From an uncultured cyanobacterium (GTDB lineage: Bacteria > Cyanobacteriota > Cyanobacteriia > PCC-9006 > JAAUQQ01): DNA of 64,000 nt. Of this stretch, positions 17,972 to 28,411 are shown in pieces. The first letter of the stretch is position 1. Every line of letters starts with the position of its first letter. The position numbers and the translations under genes were made by a program. The DNA is taken from positions 1,696,001-1,760,000 of the forward strand of contig OY970368.1 in the NCBI GenBank assembly GCA_963718615.1. Reading direction: 5' to 3'. A model generated the notes under the pieces. It was not told where the DNA came from. It ran no database searches and saw nothing but the letters and a program-made list of their open reading frames with translations.

Positions 17972-20900
17972 TTAAATCGAACAAGTAGCTTGAGGCGGTA
18001 TCACGGATCGCCCAGCAACAAGCCTAACCCTACCATCTGGCGTGATTTGAATCTGCTGGGCTTCCAGACTAGAGGGAGCAGAGGCCATGGAGGGTGCGTG
18101 CGGGGGAGAGGAATGCTGGGCAATGTCGAGATCGAAACTATGAATATCCCCAGTCGTGTAAGGAATATTTGCTGGGTTGCCAGGGCGAACCGGTAGACCC
18201 CCTCGCCCGCTGGTTTGAAAAGAACCATTGCTTTGTTTTCCAGTGGTTTGAGCCGCGCAACGGCGATCGAGTCGTTCTGCCCCGCTGATAGGGGTAGTGG
18301 GCAGTTCTGCAAGGCCATTACTGGGATCTACATTGGGGGTATTGAGGCTGACATTGCCCTGAGCACCGCTTTCTGAACTCGCAGTGATATCGCTTTGGGA
18401 GGTCAGCTTAGGGCGAAACTCCAGGCCAAGAATGCCCTGGGAAAAAACATCTACTTTGCCGCCATTACCGGCCACTGCATTGGCCGTGATGTCACTACTT
18501 TCCTTAGGAACCGCAATGATAAAACCGTTCGTGTTATCAATTCTAATATCCCCTCCATTGCCACCTTGTCTTGCATTGGTTTCGATACGGCTGCCATCAC
18601 GAAGTATCAGGAAACCGTTGAGGTTATTGATGGTAATGTCACCGCCATCGCTTTCTCCTGCATTGGTTGCAATGCTACTCTTGTCGCGAAGGAGCAAGAG
18701 TTGAGCAATGTCCAGGTTGATATCGCCACCTTCGGCGCTGGTGGTGCTGGCGCTGAATTGGCTATTGTTAAGGCTCAGATTCCGGGCAGAAACGTTGATG
18801 TCTCCCCCTTGGCCACTCCTATTGCTTTCAACCGTGATGATGGCATGATCGAGGTTAATGTTCTCGCTGCTGAGGGCAATGCCACCCGCTTTACCGCTGC
18901 CGTTGGATTGGGCTGTAAGGCTAGCATTGCTGAGGTTAATTTGATCTGGTACCTTAATTCTTAAGGTACCGCCAATTCCAGATCCACTGGTAGAAGTAGA
19001 GATTTTTCCCTCATCTTGAATGTTCATCCGTTGAGCTTCAATGAGAACGTTGCCTGCACTCCCACTATCTTTTGCCTGAGCAAAGAAACCGCTAAAGGGG
19101 CCATCTACATCGACTTGTTCACTTCTGACTTGACGAATACGTTGCTCGAATTGGCTATCGAAACCTGAAATTTCTATTTCTCTAGCATCAATCACAATTG
19201 AGCCTGCTTGACCAGCACCTTCTGAAGTTGTGAGGATTTGCCCTCCACGGCTCAGGTTGATCTGTTCAGATTGAATATCAATTTTGCCTCCATCAGATGC
19301 ACTGAGGGTTCTAGAGCTTAAAGCCCCTCCATCAGAAATACTAAGAACTTTCGATTTTAAGACTATATTTCCTCCATCACCCGAGGAAGCTTGCCTGCTT
19401 CCTGAAAATAAACCGCTGGATATTCCACGAGATGCACTTCCGAATGTGAAGCGATCATTTGGAATATTACTAGTTCCTGAAATATCGACAATATTAGCCT
19501 CTATGCTAATGTCGCCAGCTTTTGCGTCTCCAGGACGAATTTCTCCAATTTCTTCAGGTGATAGGCCCTGACTTAATAAGCCTGCAACATAGTGTCTCTC
19601 AAAAGCTCTGAGATCATTTTCTGGGTCAAAGGATTCGATCTTATAAATTGCAACTTCATCAATACTGCCTTTAAAAGGTTGTGGATATTGTGGATGTTCC
19701 CAAGAACCAATGACAACGGTGGGTGGTTGCCCCTCAAAGGGTCCTTTTGTGCCCACCGCAGCCTCTAAACCATCAATTTCCAGTCGAGTGGTTTGCCTTG
19801 TTGCTCCAGGAGGACGACTGTGAATAACCTTTGCCACGACATGATGCCATTGATTATCAAAGGGCAACACACCGATGGGGGTGTCTAAATCATCTCCCCA
19901 CAAGCCAAGCCGAACTGCTCCATTGTCATTTAAGCGAAGATGAAAACTTGTTCTAGTCTGACTAGCATCATGTGCACCGAAGAAAACCTGCTCCTTGGGA
20001 GGGTTATTCGGATCAGGCTTGATCCAAGCCTCGACAATAAAGGATGTGTTTTTTAGGTCGAAATCATCATCTACTCTAACAACACCATAAGAATCACCAA
20101 ATCTGGCTGATGTACCGGAAATCCCTAGAGCAGATTGATCAATATTGCCAACATATTTACCCTCAAAATTTGCGCCTGAGCTATTAGGAGCAATGGTTCC
20201 AGTTGTTTCGTCAAACTTCCAATATGCGATCGGTCTATCACGATTAACAATGTCAAAATATATTTTATCTTGCATTGTTTCTGCCAGTTTTCTAAAGGTT
20301 ATTCCTTCTGTTTGTGTTTCAATTCTACCACCAGAAGCCAAAGTAAGCTGAGAAGTCCTTAAACTAATGTTCCCACCATTGCCCGTATTTTTCCTAGAAC
20401 CACTGTAAATAATACTATCTCCAAGAACAGAGATTTGCCTAGTTGAATTGATCTTAATATCACCAGCATTTCCCGTCCCTGTTGTATCAGTATTGATTTG
20501 AGCTTGATTATTCAATTTGATTGCTTGAGTATCAATAAAGATTGATCCGCCATTGACTGAAGACTGAGTAGAAGAGGTAATTTTACCGGAATCTAAATTG
20601 ATTTGACGAGCATAGATTTCTATATCTTTTGCCTCTCCTGAGGAACTTGGTCCTGCACCGTTAAGAATCCACCCATAATATTCAACCGTGAGTGTATCTC
20701 TAGCCGTTAAAGATATTTTTCCACCACCCGTTAAGCCAATCGAGCCAGCTTGAATACGCCCTTCCCCATCTTTTACTGTAATGTTTCTAGCATTTACTGT
20801 AATATTACCCGCACTTTCTCCGGGAGCTGTTCTTGCATCTTGTCTAGCGTCAGTGAATAGTCCAGCAGTGACTCTACCCGGTGCATCAATCAATAAATCT

Positions 20901-23005
20901 TCTTTTAAGTTGATAATAATTCCGTTGTTTCCACCTTTGCTATTCACCCGTGAAGTCATCGTTGAATTGATCATTGAGAGGGAGTTTGCAGCAATTGAAA
21001 TTGTTCCTGCTTCCCCTTTTTGAGAACTCCCATTGCTATCAATTCTGGATCCATTTTTCATTTCCATATGACCAGTCAACTGCACAATGACATTACCCGC
21101 ATTGCCCCTACCCAAAGAACTTGTATTAAGTCCAGCAGTAGAACTAGTGTTGATGAGATGCCTATCGATCGTTAACGTATCCGCAACAACTAAAATATCT
21201 CCTGCCCTCCCTTCACCATTCTCCCGCAACCGAGACCAAAGCTGGGTTCCACCTAAGAGCTTAATATCTCTGGCTCGCAGCGTAATTGAGCCTGCATCTC
21301 CTTTGCCTTTAGAATCTGCGTAAAAATCAGTGAAATTGTCAGCTTTCAATTGGTCTGCAACAATCAGCATATTGCCGGATCTGCCCAATCCATTCGTATC
21401 CAGTTCTAAAATTAATTCAACATCATCCAGCAATACAGAAGGGGCTTTCATCGTGATGTCCCCTGCACGACCAAACTTGGCTGTGGTGTCAACCCTTAAG
21501 AATAAAGCAGCGTCGTCTTTTCCCTCTTGCCCCGGTGGATGGGGACTGCTCAGGTTGATGGCTTGGCCTGCGAGGAGCGTGATATTGCCACCATTCCCCG
21601 CTGCGGGTAGCGCTGAGGTGTTGATTTGGCTGCGGGGGGCGATCGCAATACTCCCCCTCGCATCGATCGCCACCTCCCCCCCATTCCCCACAAAATTAGC
21701 CGTTGTCTGCCCGACATTCCCCGTGCGCTGATCCGTAAAAATCCCCTGCGCCCTGATATCCCCCGCCGCCAAGGTCAAATTCGGCTGATACTGATTCGTC
21801 AACAACACCAACCCATTAGGAGCCTTCACCTCCACCCGCCCCAACTGAATATTGCTCCCCGTCGCACCCGAAACCGTCGGGGCATTGTTAAATCCAGCGC
21901 CTCCACCCTGGCTCAAGGGCCTCGCCGTCGTCCCCGCCCGAATATCCAACACCGGACGATTCACCCCATCCACAGACACCGCCGTTCCATCGGACAACAC
22001 TACCGTCTCCTGCAACGCATTCCCCGATATGTCTGGCCCAGTAATCGTGATTTTCCCGGTGGCGGTCACACTACCCCCAGCGAAAAGATGCAACGACGCT
22101 CCGGTGTAACTATCAAACTGAATATCCCCCGCCGCCTGGATTATCGGATCCTCGGGACTCCAAAAGCTGTTTAGACTTCCATCGAGTTGTTCAATGCGGA
22201 AATTGCCACCACTGCGGACATGGGCGTCCGCTTGGATGGGGTTGGGCGATCGCAACACAACGTCTCCCCCAGCACTCAAGAGACTTTCCGAATGACTGAG
22301 CGTGTCGATCGCCACCTCCCCGCCTTCAATCACCAAATCCTTGCCCGCCTCCAACCGCACCGCCTGCTGCGCCGAATCTTGCACCCGCACCCCCGACTGC
22401 GCTGCCAATCTCAGCTCTCCCCCCACCTGTAACAACCCTTGGGTTTGAATCTGCCCCAACGACCCCGCCCCATACTGCAAACCCGGTGTCAAATTGATCT
22501 GAAGCAACGGCGCGGCCTGCGGATTCACCGCACTAAAACTCAATCCCTCACCAAACTCAACTCGCTCCGCAGTTGTGCCAACAAAACTGCCAGAAATATC
22601 CAATTGTGCATTCGGACCAAACAAAATGCCATGCGGATTCAACAGAAAGAGATCCGCCGTTCCTCGTACCCCCAACGTCCCCAAAATATCCGATCGATTC
22701 CCCCCCGTCACCCGCGCAAAAATCGTCTCAATCGACGAATTCGGCATCAGAAAATAAGCCGAGCGCCCCTCGGCCACTCCAAACTCCGAAAAACTATGAA
22801 ACAGATTGGGGGCACGCACCACCCCACCGCCAATCTCATCCACCGACCCCCAGGGCATCAGCTCAGACCCACCCGCCCCCAAGGTTGCATCGGGCACAAT
22901 CACGGGTTGCGCAACCGCATCACTCCCCGCCAGCACCATCATCGCCCCAGCCAAACTATTCACCAGACAAACAGACAAAATCCGTTGCATGAGCTTACTC
23001 CTCAA
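17972..23005 (-). CDS. TpsA / filamentous haemagglutinin-family beta-helical protein with an internal LamG domain
   Basis: Signal peptide; TPS motifs NLFHSFSEF, RVTGG, LLNPHGILFG; GxGGxI repeats; LamG AYWKFDE...VEAWIK...WHHV...GSIDEVAIY; C-terminal SDITASS...GRGGLP. Confidence 0.9.
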   Translation of the reverse strand: MRSKLMQRILSVCLVNSLAGAMMVLAGSDAVAQPVIVPDATLGAGGSELMPWGSVDEIGGGVVRAPNLFHSFSEFGVAEGRSAYFLMPNSSIETIFARVTGGNRSDILGTLGVRGTADLFLLNPHGILFGPNAQLDISGSFVGTTAERVEFGEGLSFSAVNPQAAPLLQINLTPGLQYGAGSLGQIQTQGLLQVGGELRLAAQSGVRVQDSAQQAVRLEAGKDLVIEGGEVAIDTLSHSESLLSAGGDVVLRSPNPIQADAHVRSGGNFRIEQLDGSLNSFWSPEDPIIQAAGDIQFDSYTGASLHLFAGGSVTATGKITITGPDISGNALQETVVLSDGTAVSVDGVNRPVLDIRAGTTARPLSQGGGAGFNNAPTVSGATGSNIQLGRVEVKAPNGLVLLTNQYQPNLTLAAGDIRAQGIFTDQRTGNVGQTTANFVGNGGEVAIDARGSIAIAPRSQINTSALPAAGNGGNITLLAGQAINLSSPHPPGQEGKDDAALFLRVDTTAKFGRAGDITMKAPSVLLDDVELILELDTNGLGRSGNMLIVADQLKADNFTDFYADSKGKGDAGSITLRARDIKLLGGTQLWSRLRENGEGRAGDILVVADTLTIDRHLINTSSTAGLNTSSLGRGNAGNVIVQLTGHMEMKNGSRIDSNGSSQKGEAGTISIAANSLSMINSTMTSRVNSKGGNNGIIINLKEDLLIDAPGRVTAGLFTDARQDARTAPGESAGNITVNARNITVKDGEGRIQAGSIGLTGGGKISLTARDTLTVEYYGWILNGAGPSSSGEAKDIEIYARQINLDSGKITSSTQSSVNGGSIFIDTQAIKLNNQAQINTDTTGTGNAGDIKINSTRQISVLGDSIIYSGSRKNTGNGGNISLRTSQLTLASGGRIETQTEGITFRKLAETMQDKIYFDIVNRDRPIAYWKFDETTGTIAPNSSGANFEGKYVGNIDQSALGISGTSARFGDSYGVVRVDDDFDLKNTSFIVEAWIKPDPNNPPKEQVFFGAHDASQTRTSFHLRLNDNGAVRLGLWGDDLDTPIGVLPFDNQWHHVVAKVIHSRPPGATRQTTRLEIDGLEAAVGTKGPFEGQPPTVVIGSWEHPQYPQPFKGSIDEVAIYKIESFDPENDLRAFERHYVAGLLSQGLSPEEIGEIRPGDAKAGDISIEANIVDISGTSNIPNDRFTFGSASRGISSGLFSGSRQASSGDGGNIVLKSKVLSISDGGALSSRTLSASDGGKIDIQSEQINLSRGGQILTTSEGAGQAGSIVIDAREIEISGFDSQFEQRIRQVRSEQVDVDGPFSGFFAQAKDSGSAGNVLIEAQRMNIQDEGKISTSTSGSGIGGTLRIKVPDQINLSNASLTAQSNGSGKAGGIALSSENINLDHAIITVESNRSGQGGDINVSARNLSLNNSQFSASTTSAEGGDINLDIAQLLLLRDKSSIATNAGESDGGDITINNLNGFLILRDGSRIETNARQGGNGGDIRIDNTNGFIIAVPKESSDITANAVAGNGGKVDVFSQGILGLEFRPKLTSQSDITASSESGAQGNVSLNTPNVDPSNGLAELPTTPISGAERLDRRCAAQTTGKQSNGSFQTSGRGGLPVRPGNPANIPYTTGDIHSFDLDIAQHSSPPHAPSMASAPSSLEAQQIQITPDGRVRLVAGRSVIPPQATCSI

Positions 23006-23067
23006 TTTAATGTTCTAACACCACCACAACCAACATCCAATCCCCAGAACGACTACCCAGAAATCAA

Positions 23068-25800
23068 CTACAGCCAATTGCCAATCAAAATCAACGGAGC
23101 CCAACGCGCTGGATGGGCCATCTCTCCACCCTGACGAATTAACGCCACTTGCGCCGCCTGCAAAGCCTGCGCCCGATTCAACTCTGGCTTCAGCAACCCG
23201 CCATAAAACCGCTCTACAATCTCTGCTGTTGCGGCATCATTAATGGACCAGAGAGAGGCCACAGCACTTCTGGCCCCAGCGCGAATCGCTACTCCCGCAA
23301 GCCCTAGCGTGGCCCGTTCATCTCCGATCGCCGTCTCACAGGCCGTCAGCGCCAGCAACTCAATCGGCTCCGTCGTCGGAGCGGCCCGTCGAATCAACCC
23401 ATCCAGTTCCTGAATGGTGATTTTGTTCTGATCCCCTGTCACAATAAAATTGTTCTCCGGTTCTGCCCCGAACTTTCCGTGGGTTGCAATATGGAGGATG
23501 GGATAGTACTTTTGGGCTAATGCCCGCTCTAAACGCGATCGACTAAACTCCTGATTCAGTAACGTTTGTGTTTCCGGCAGTTGCTCAGCCACCGCCATCA
23601 ATTCCTGAGCCACATGGGGCAATGGATCAAACAACTCAGTCCCCACCATGCTCTCCTCTGTTAACCCTAATGCTAGGGCAGAAAGCCCTGCCTTCAAGGG
23701 GTGAGGATCCGTAAGCTGCAAGCTAGGTGTCACCGCAATGGCGTAGTGTTCGATCAAAAAAACTTGACCATCATGCAGTGCTGCCATCGGCACCGTTCGA
23801 AAAATCCCATCATGAACAAACACCAGGGTTTGGGTTTCGCTCTTTTGTAATTGGAACTCAAAAGGTCGAATTAACCAGTGATAGATTTCTTGAGCCCCCT
23901 CAGGCTCAAAATCCCGAAAATAAGATTCTAAGCCGCGCCGAAACTCACTCACTTTCGCGCGTAACTGGACACTGTCCAACTCAATCCAGGCCACTTGAGT
24001 TTGCCCGTCAGGGAAGCTCGCAATCACCGCTGTGCGATCCGGAAAAATAATCGTATTGATAACCGCTGCGCGATCGCGACTGTTCTGGATCTCGGTCACT
24101 GCTAGATTTGGAGTCAGGTCACAATCGCCACCCAAGTAATTTTGCAACTCGGCTACCTTGAGGGAATCTATCGTTTTGAGCACAGCCATGACTGGCTTTT
24201 GGTTTGGCTTTTCACGAATTTGAGTGCCTCGACTTGGCTGGGATCGCAATTGCTTTAATGGCAGATCTTTCGTAGAACTCAACGATTGCATGGGTTGACC
24301 GAGGGGAGCGATCGACGCTAGCTGCAAAGCAGCTAGATCTCGATAAATGGGTTCGATAGTTTCTCGAAAGTCAAACTGAATCTCTGGATCGGTCGCCAGC
24401 AAATCACTCCGAATTGCATCCAGTGCAGCCACGGCCTCTTGATAGAACGCGATCGCCAGATCTCCCTTGCCCTGAGCCTTAAGAATTCGGCCCATCTGCC
24501 AATTCAAAAGATAAAGACTATCCAGGCTATCTGGCACAGCCATCATGGATTGAAGGGATGCTTGAGTTAGCTTTAACGCTTGTTTAGAGTTTCCTTGACA
24601 TTCGGCGAGATGCCCCAATTCACCTTTAACAAAAGCGATCGCTCGTTGATCTTGAAGCTTTTGAGCAATGGGTAAGGCTTGTTTCTCCAAGAGCAATGTG
24701 GCCTCTGTGATTCTTCCCGCTCCCAGGCACCGCGATGGAACTCGTCCCTCGGATATCATCGAAAGGTCAAGCGATCGCGCCAGATGAATCAAACCCAAAA
24801 CTTTACCTTGCGAAGGAGGAAGCTGTGGAAGCAATCGATGAGCCGCATGGTGCGTTGTCTGGGCCTGCGAGAAATTTTCCTGCTTGGCATAAATAGCAGC
24901 CAAGTGCAGTAGTATGCCAAATTCTTCAAGCACATGAGCAGAGGAATGCTCGGACTGTTGTACCAGGGCAAGCGCCTGCTCAAACGCAAACTGAGCCTGC
25001 TGATATTGTTCAGTCGCTCGCGCTTGCGGTGCTTTTGCGAACTCCTCATCTCCCATTTCTAAGGCAACCTTAGCGCGCTGGAAATTAACGCGACCAAGAT
25101 CCTCATAAACACTCCCCAATCCGACCCAAAGGGAAAGTTCATGGGGGTGAGCATTCTGGCTTTTGGCAAGTGCCTGGGCTGTTTTCAGCTGCTGAAGAGC
25201 GAATGAATACTCCCCGATCAGTCGATAGGTTTCACCCAGGGTTCCTAACGCGGCAATCTCCGTTGCGACAGAACCACTGCTACGAGCCAAGGCCAAAGCG
25301 CTTTCGGAGCGACAGGACGGATTACCTGCCGGGCCACAGAGCAAGTTGAAGGCACGGCGGTGATGTCCGAGCAGGTTGTAGGCTTGGGCCAGTTCGACCG
25401 ATAGACGGGCTTGTTCGGGGCGATCGCCCAAGGCTTGAGTACTCTGCACAGCCCGCTGCCAATAGTCCACAGCTTGGAAGGATTGCCCAAGTTGCTGAGC
25501 TGTCCTGGCAAGGTTTTCTAAAAGGAGAGCCCGCTCTTTACCATGTTCCTGAGCGGGGAGCACTTCCAAAGCGGCTTGCCAGATGGAAGCGGCAGATGCG
25601 TAATCACCCGCCCGGTAAGCATGCACCCCTTGATGCAGCAAACCCACCTCAAGCCCTGCCTCGGACAGGTATGTTGGCTCCGCTGACCGAGCCACTACTC
25701 TAGTTGCCCAAGGGTTTAACAAAAAACATAGCAGTAAACCCACACACCAAAATGCACCGAATTGTCGCCAACCAGAAGAACAAAAGCGCAATCTCACCAT
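23068..25800 (-). CDS. Exported TPR + CHAT (caspase-like) protease
   Basis: N-terminal hydrophobic signal; TPR helices; LHIATHG (His), LTACETA (Cys), ASLWSIND and HPARWAPLILIGNW. Confidence 0.92.
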   Translation of the reverse strand: MVRLRFCSSGWRQFGAFWCVGLLLCFLLNPWATRVVARSAEPTYLSEAGLEVGLLHQGVHAYRAGDYASAASIWQAALEVLPAQEHGKERALLLENLARTAQQLGQSFQAVDYWQRAVQSTQALGDRPEQARLSVELAQAYNLLGHHRRAFNLLCGPAGNPSCRSESALALARSSGSVATEIAALGTLGETYRLIGEYSFALQQLKTAQALAKSQNAHPHELSLWVGLGSVYEDLGRVNFQRAKVALEMGDEEFAKAPQARATEQYQQAQFAFEQALALVQQSEHSSAHVLEEFGILLHLAAIYAKQENFSQAQTTHHAAHRLLPQLPPSQGKVLGLIHLARSLDLSMISEGRVPSRCLGAGRITEATLLLEKQALPIAQKLQDQRAIAFVKGELGHLAECQGNSKQALKLTQASLQSMMAVPDSLDSLYLLNWQMGRILKAQGKGDLAIAFYQEAVAALDAIRSDLLATDPEIQFDFRETIEPIYRDLAALQLASIAPLGQPMQSLSSTKDLPLKQLRSQPSRGTQIREKPNQKPVMAVLKTIDSLKVAELQNYLGGDCDLTPNLAVTEIQNSRDRAAVINTIIFPDRTAVIASFPDGQTQVAWIELDSVQLRAKVSEFRRGLESYFRDFEPEGAQEIYHWLIRPFEFQLQKSETQTLVFVHDGIFRTVPMAALHDGQVFLIEHYAIAVTPSLQLTDPHPLKAGLSALALGLTEESMVGTELFDPLPHVAQELMAVAEQLPETQTLLNQEFSRSRLERALAQKYYPILHIATHGKFGAEPENNFIVTGDQNKITIQELDGLIRRAAPTTEPIELLALTACETAIGDERATLGLAGVAIRAGARSAVASLWSINDAATAEIVERFYGGLLKPELNRAQALQAAQVALIRQGGEMAHPARWAPLILIGNWL

Positions 25801-26128
25801 AGGGGCAGATCAATCTCTCCGTACGAATTGCATGACCGTTATCGATTTCCTCTGAAGTCTGGAAACATGGCTCACGCACTAAATCTGCGTAAAGAATATA
25901 CTTAGAGGAAATACTGATTCTCGCTGCTTTGCTACTTTTATTCTACGAGATTACACTTATTTATCCGGGAAATGTCACAAAAACTGGACTTACAATAGCC
26001 AATCGATCGATGGAGCGACTAGGTCATGAGTTCTATATTTTAAAACGGTATCCCAGCAGAAAATGACTGTTCTATTTTCACCTAGAACACACAGGTCTAG
26101 AACAAAACCCCACGGGTTTGCCTTGAAC

Positions 26129-28195
26129 CTATCCATCTAGCTCTAGCAGCCCGAGGGGCGTATGGAGCAGCTCTAGGGAGTCTACGCAGCGTTGCTGATC
26201 CAACACTTGTAAATAGCGTCGCTCGTCATAAAACATCTTTTGAAACTCCAAAACCTCAGCATTCATCTGCCGATATAGGCGCTCAATTTGTTCTTCTGCA
26301 TCCTCGCCGTCATCCAATCCCTGGGCCAATAGCTTGCCAATGCAGGACTCGATCGTTTGCACCGATTGTCTGGCCCAGGAATCCAGCAAATGCCGACAGC
26401 GTTTTTCGCAGTTAATGCGCTCCAGGGTTGCCACCGCTGCTCGAATGACAATGGGCGATCGCGCAATATCCAAGCGACTCTTCTCATCCAGATATAAAAT
26501 ATTCATCACCATGGGCGTCGCCTCGCGGGGAATATCCGTAATACCATCGCGTAAGGGATTGAGCAGGTCGAGGCTGCTGAGCCTGTCCCGTTGATTGAGC
26601 AGTTGGTCCAAATCATCCACCAGATCCCCAAACGCCGATCGCTCCACCTGACGAATTGCTCCCCAAAGTAGCCGATGGGCTTGAAAGGTAAAATTGGCCA
26701 GATCCCGTTCCCGCATGGCTTGAAGCACCGCCAAGCGTTCCTTGGAGCAATGCAGATAGATTTGCAGCAGTTGAGCCTCCGCCAACTCGCGAATCGTGTA
26801 GTCGCCGGGACGTTCCCATTTTTGCGATCGCCCATGCCAGCGGTGTCCTCGCACTTGCGATCGCAAATCCTCTTCCAGTTGCAACGCCATCCGGGCTTCC
26901 CCTTGGCTCAGCAACTCGGCACAATGGTGAATATAATGGGTTCTTAGGGGCGTATTGGGCAGATTCCCGAGCAGCTTGACCAGACCCTGAAGCGTCCTTT
27001 GAAACTGATCCGCCTGCTTGAGATCGCGACCCAGCAAATGCCGCTGGATCTGCCAGTCAATCCAGAGGGGAGCCTTATCGAGTAAATTGCGATAAAACCC
27101 AGGGGATGATGCCCTCAGGAATTCATCTGCATCCTTGCCCTCCGGCAAATTCAAAACCCGCAGTTCCACCTGACCCTGATAGGCCAGATCTTCCACTTCG
27201 CCGATCGCCCGTTCCGCCGCCTTATTCCCCGCCCCATCGGCATCAAAATTGAGAATAATTCGCTTCGATTCCGTATAGCGCAGCAGTTGCTTCACCTGAT
27301 GCAAACTCAGGGCCGTCCCCAGGGCCGCCACCGCATTGGTGATCCCAGCGGCATGGAGCGCAATCACATCGAAATAGCCTTCGACGACGACCGCCCGATC
27401 GGCCTTGGCAATCTGGGCACGGGCTTTGTCCAGGCCAAACAGCATTTTGCCCTTGTCAAACAGCTCCGTCTCCGGGGAGTTCAGGTACTTGGGGGTATCG
27501 TCGGTGAGGGTGCGTCCCCCGAAGCCAATCACCCGGCTTTGGATGTCGTGGATGGGGATCATGAGGCGATCGCGAAACCGATCGTAATACCCCTCCCCTT
27601 GTTTGCGCGGAATAATCAGTCCCGCCTGCTCCACCAGGGACACGGGATAGCGCTTTTGCTCCGTCAGGTAACTAAACAGCGTCGCCCAGCCCGCCGGAGA
27701 ATACCCCAGTTGGAAGGTTTGAATCGTGCCATCGTCAAGCTGCCGTTTGGTTTTGAGATAGTCCAGCGCCGCCTCGCCCACAGGCTGGCGTAGGGCATGT
27801 TCATAAAATTTTGCCGTTACCGCCAAAATTTCGTAGAGCTGCTCCCGCAGGGTTAGCTTACGCTGGAGCTCCTGGCGCTGCTCGGGCTCTAAGGTTTGGA
27901 CCGGCACACTGTAGCGGTTGGCCAGATCCAAAACCACATCGGCAAAACTGGTCTTATTCAACTCCATCAAAAACTTAATGGAATTGCCCCCAGCTCCGCA
28001 GGCAAAACAGTAGTAAAACTGCTTTGCTGGGCTAACCGTAAAACTGGGATTATTTTTGTCATCGTGAAACGGACAAAGACCGGCAAAGTCCTTGCCGCGC
28101 TTTTTCAGGACAACATGCTCTGAGACGATATCGACGATATCCGCCCGCTGTTTGACCGCTTCGATGGTGTCAGGATGGAGGCGGGGGGTGGGCAT
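26129..28195 (-). CDS. dnaG: DNA primase
   Basis: Zinc ribbon CPFHDD...CFAC; DRFRDRLMIPI, KYLNSPET and TOPRIM VEGYFD...FDADGAG. Confidence 0.97.
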   Translation of the reverse strand: MPTPRLHPDTIEAVKQRADIVDIVSEHVVLKKRGKDFAGLCPFHDDKNNPSFTVSPAKQFYYCFACGAGGNSIKFLMELNKTSFADVVLDLANRYSVPVQTLEPEQRQELQRKLTLREQLYEILAVTAKFYEHALRQPVGEAALDYLKTKRQLDDGTIQTFQLGYSPAGWATLFSYLTEQKRYPVSLVEQAGLIIPRKQGEGYYDRFRDRLMIPIHDIQSRVIGFGGRTLTDDTPKYLNSPETELFDKGKMLFGLDKARAQIAKADRAVVVEGYFDVIALHAAGITNAVAALGTALSLHQVKQLLRYTESKRIILNFDADGAGNKAAERAIGEVEDLAYQGQVELRVLNLPEGKDADEFLRASSPGFYRNLLDKAPLWIDWQIQRHLLGRDLKQADQFQRTLQGLVKLLGNLPNTPLRTHYIHHCAELLSQGEARMALQLEEDLRSQVRGHRWHGRSQKWERPGDYTIRELAEAQLLQIYLHCSKERLAVLQAMRERDLANFTFQAHRLLWGAIRQVERSAFGDLVDDLDQLLNQRDRLSSLDLLNPLRDGITDIPREATPMVMNILYLDEKSRLDIARSPIVIRAAVATLERINCEKRCRHLLDSWARQSVQTIESCIGKLLAQGLDDGEDAEEQIERLYRQMNAEVLEFQKMFYDERRYLQVLDQQRCVDSLELLHTPLGLLELDG

Positions 28196-28411
28196 AGGCC
28201 AGGGACGCTGTAATGTCTTTTATTGTACGGAGAAAGCCCGGTGGATCCAAGGCAGACCGAAAAGGGCGGAAAGTCAAGGGATGTCGGGCGCTATCATAGA
28301 CCTCACGCCCGCTCCGTACAAGTTTTTCTGCCAAGGGCACCGTTTGGCGTAAAGTTTCGTCACGAAGGTGTGGGTGTAAGAAAGTGTCTCAGATGTGCTT
28401 GGTGTGATGGT

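Noticed and set aside
17972-23005. CdiA-type contact-dependent toxin
   Set aside because: No VENN/pre-toxin motif, toxin tip or immunity gene is evident; the C-terminus is the ordinary cyanobacterial TpsA type.
21626-23134. Several 140-230 aa plus-strand ORFs
   Set aside because: They are antisense shadows of the GC-biased TpsA gene with low-complexity Pro/Arg/His products.
28223-28411. N-terminal extensions in the ORF track (also at 50026, 55597, 59357 and 62112)
   Set aside because: Downstream ATGs match the signal peptides or family N-termini better.
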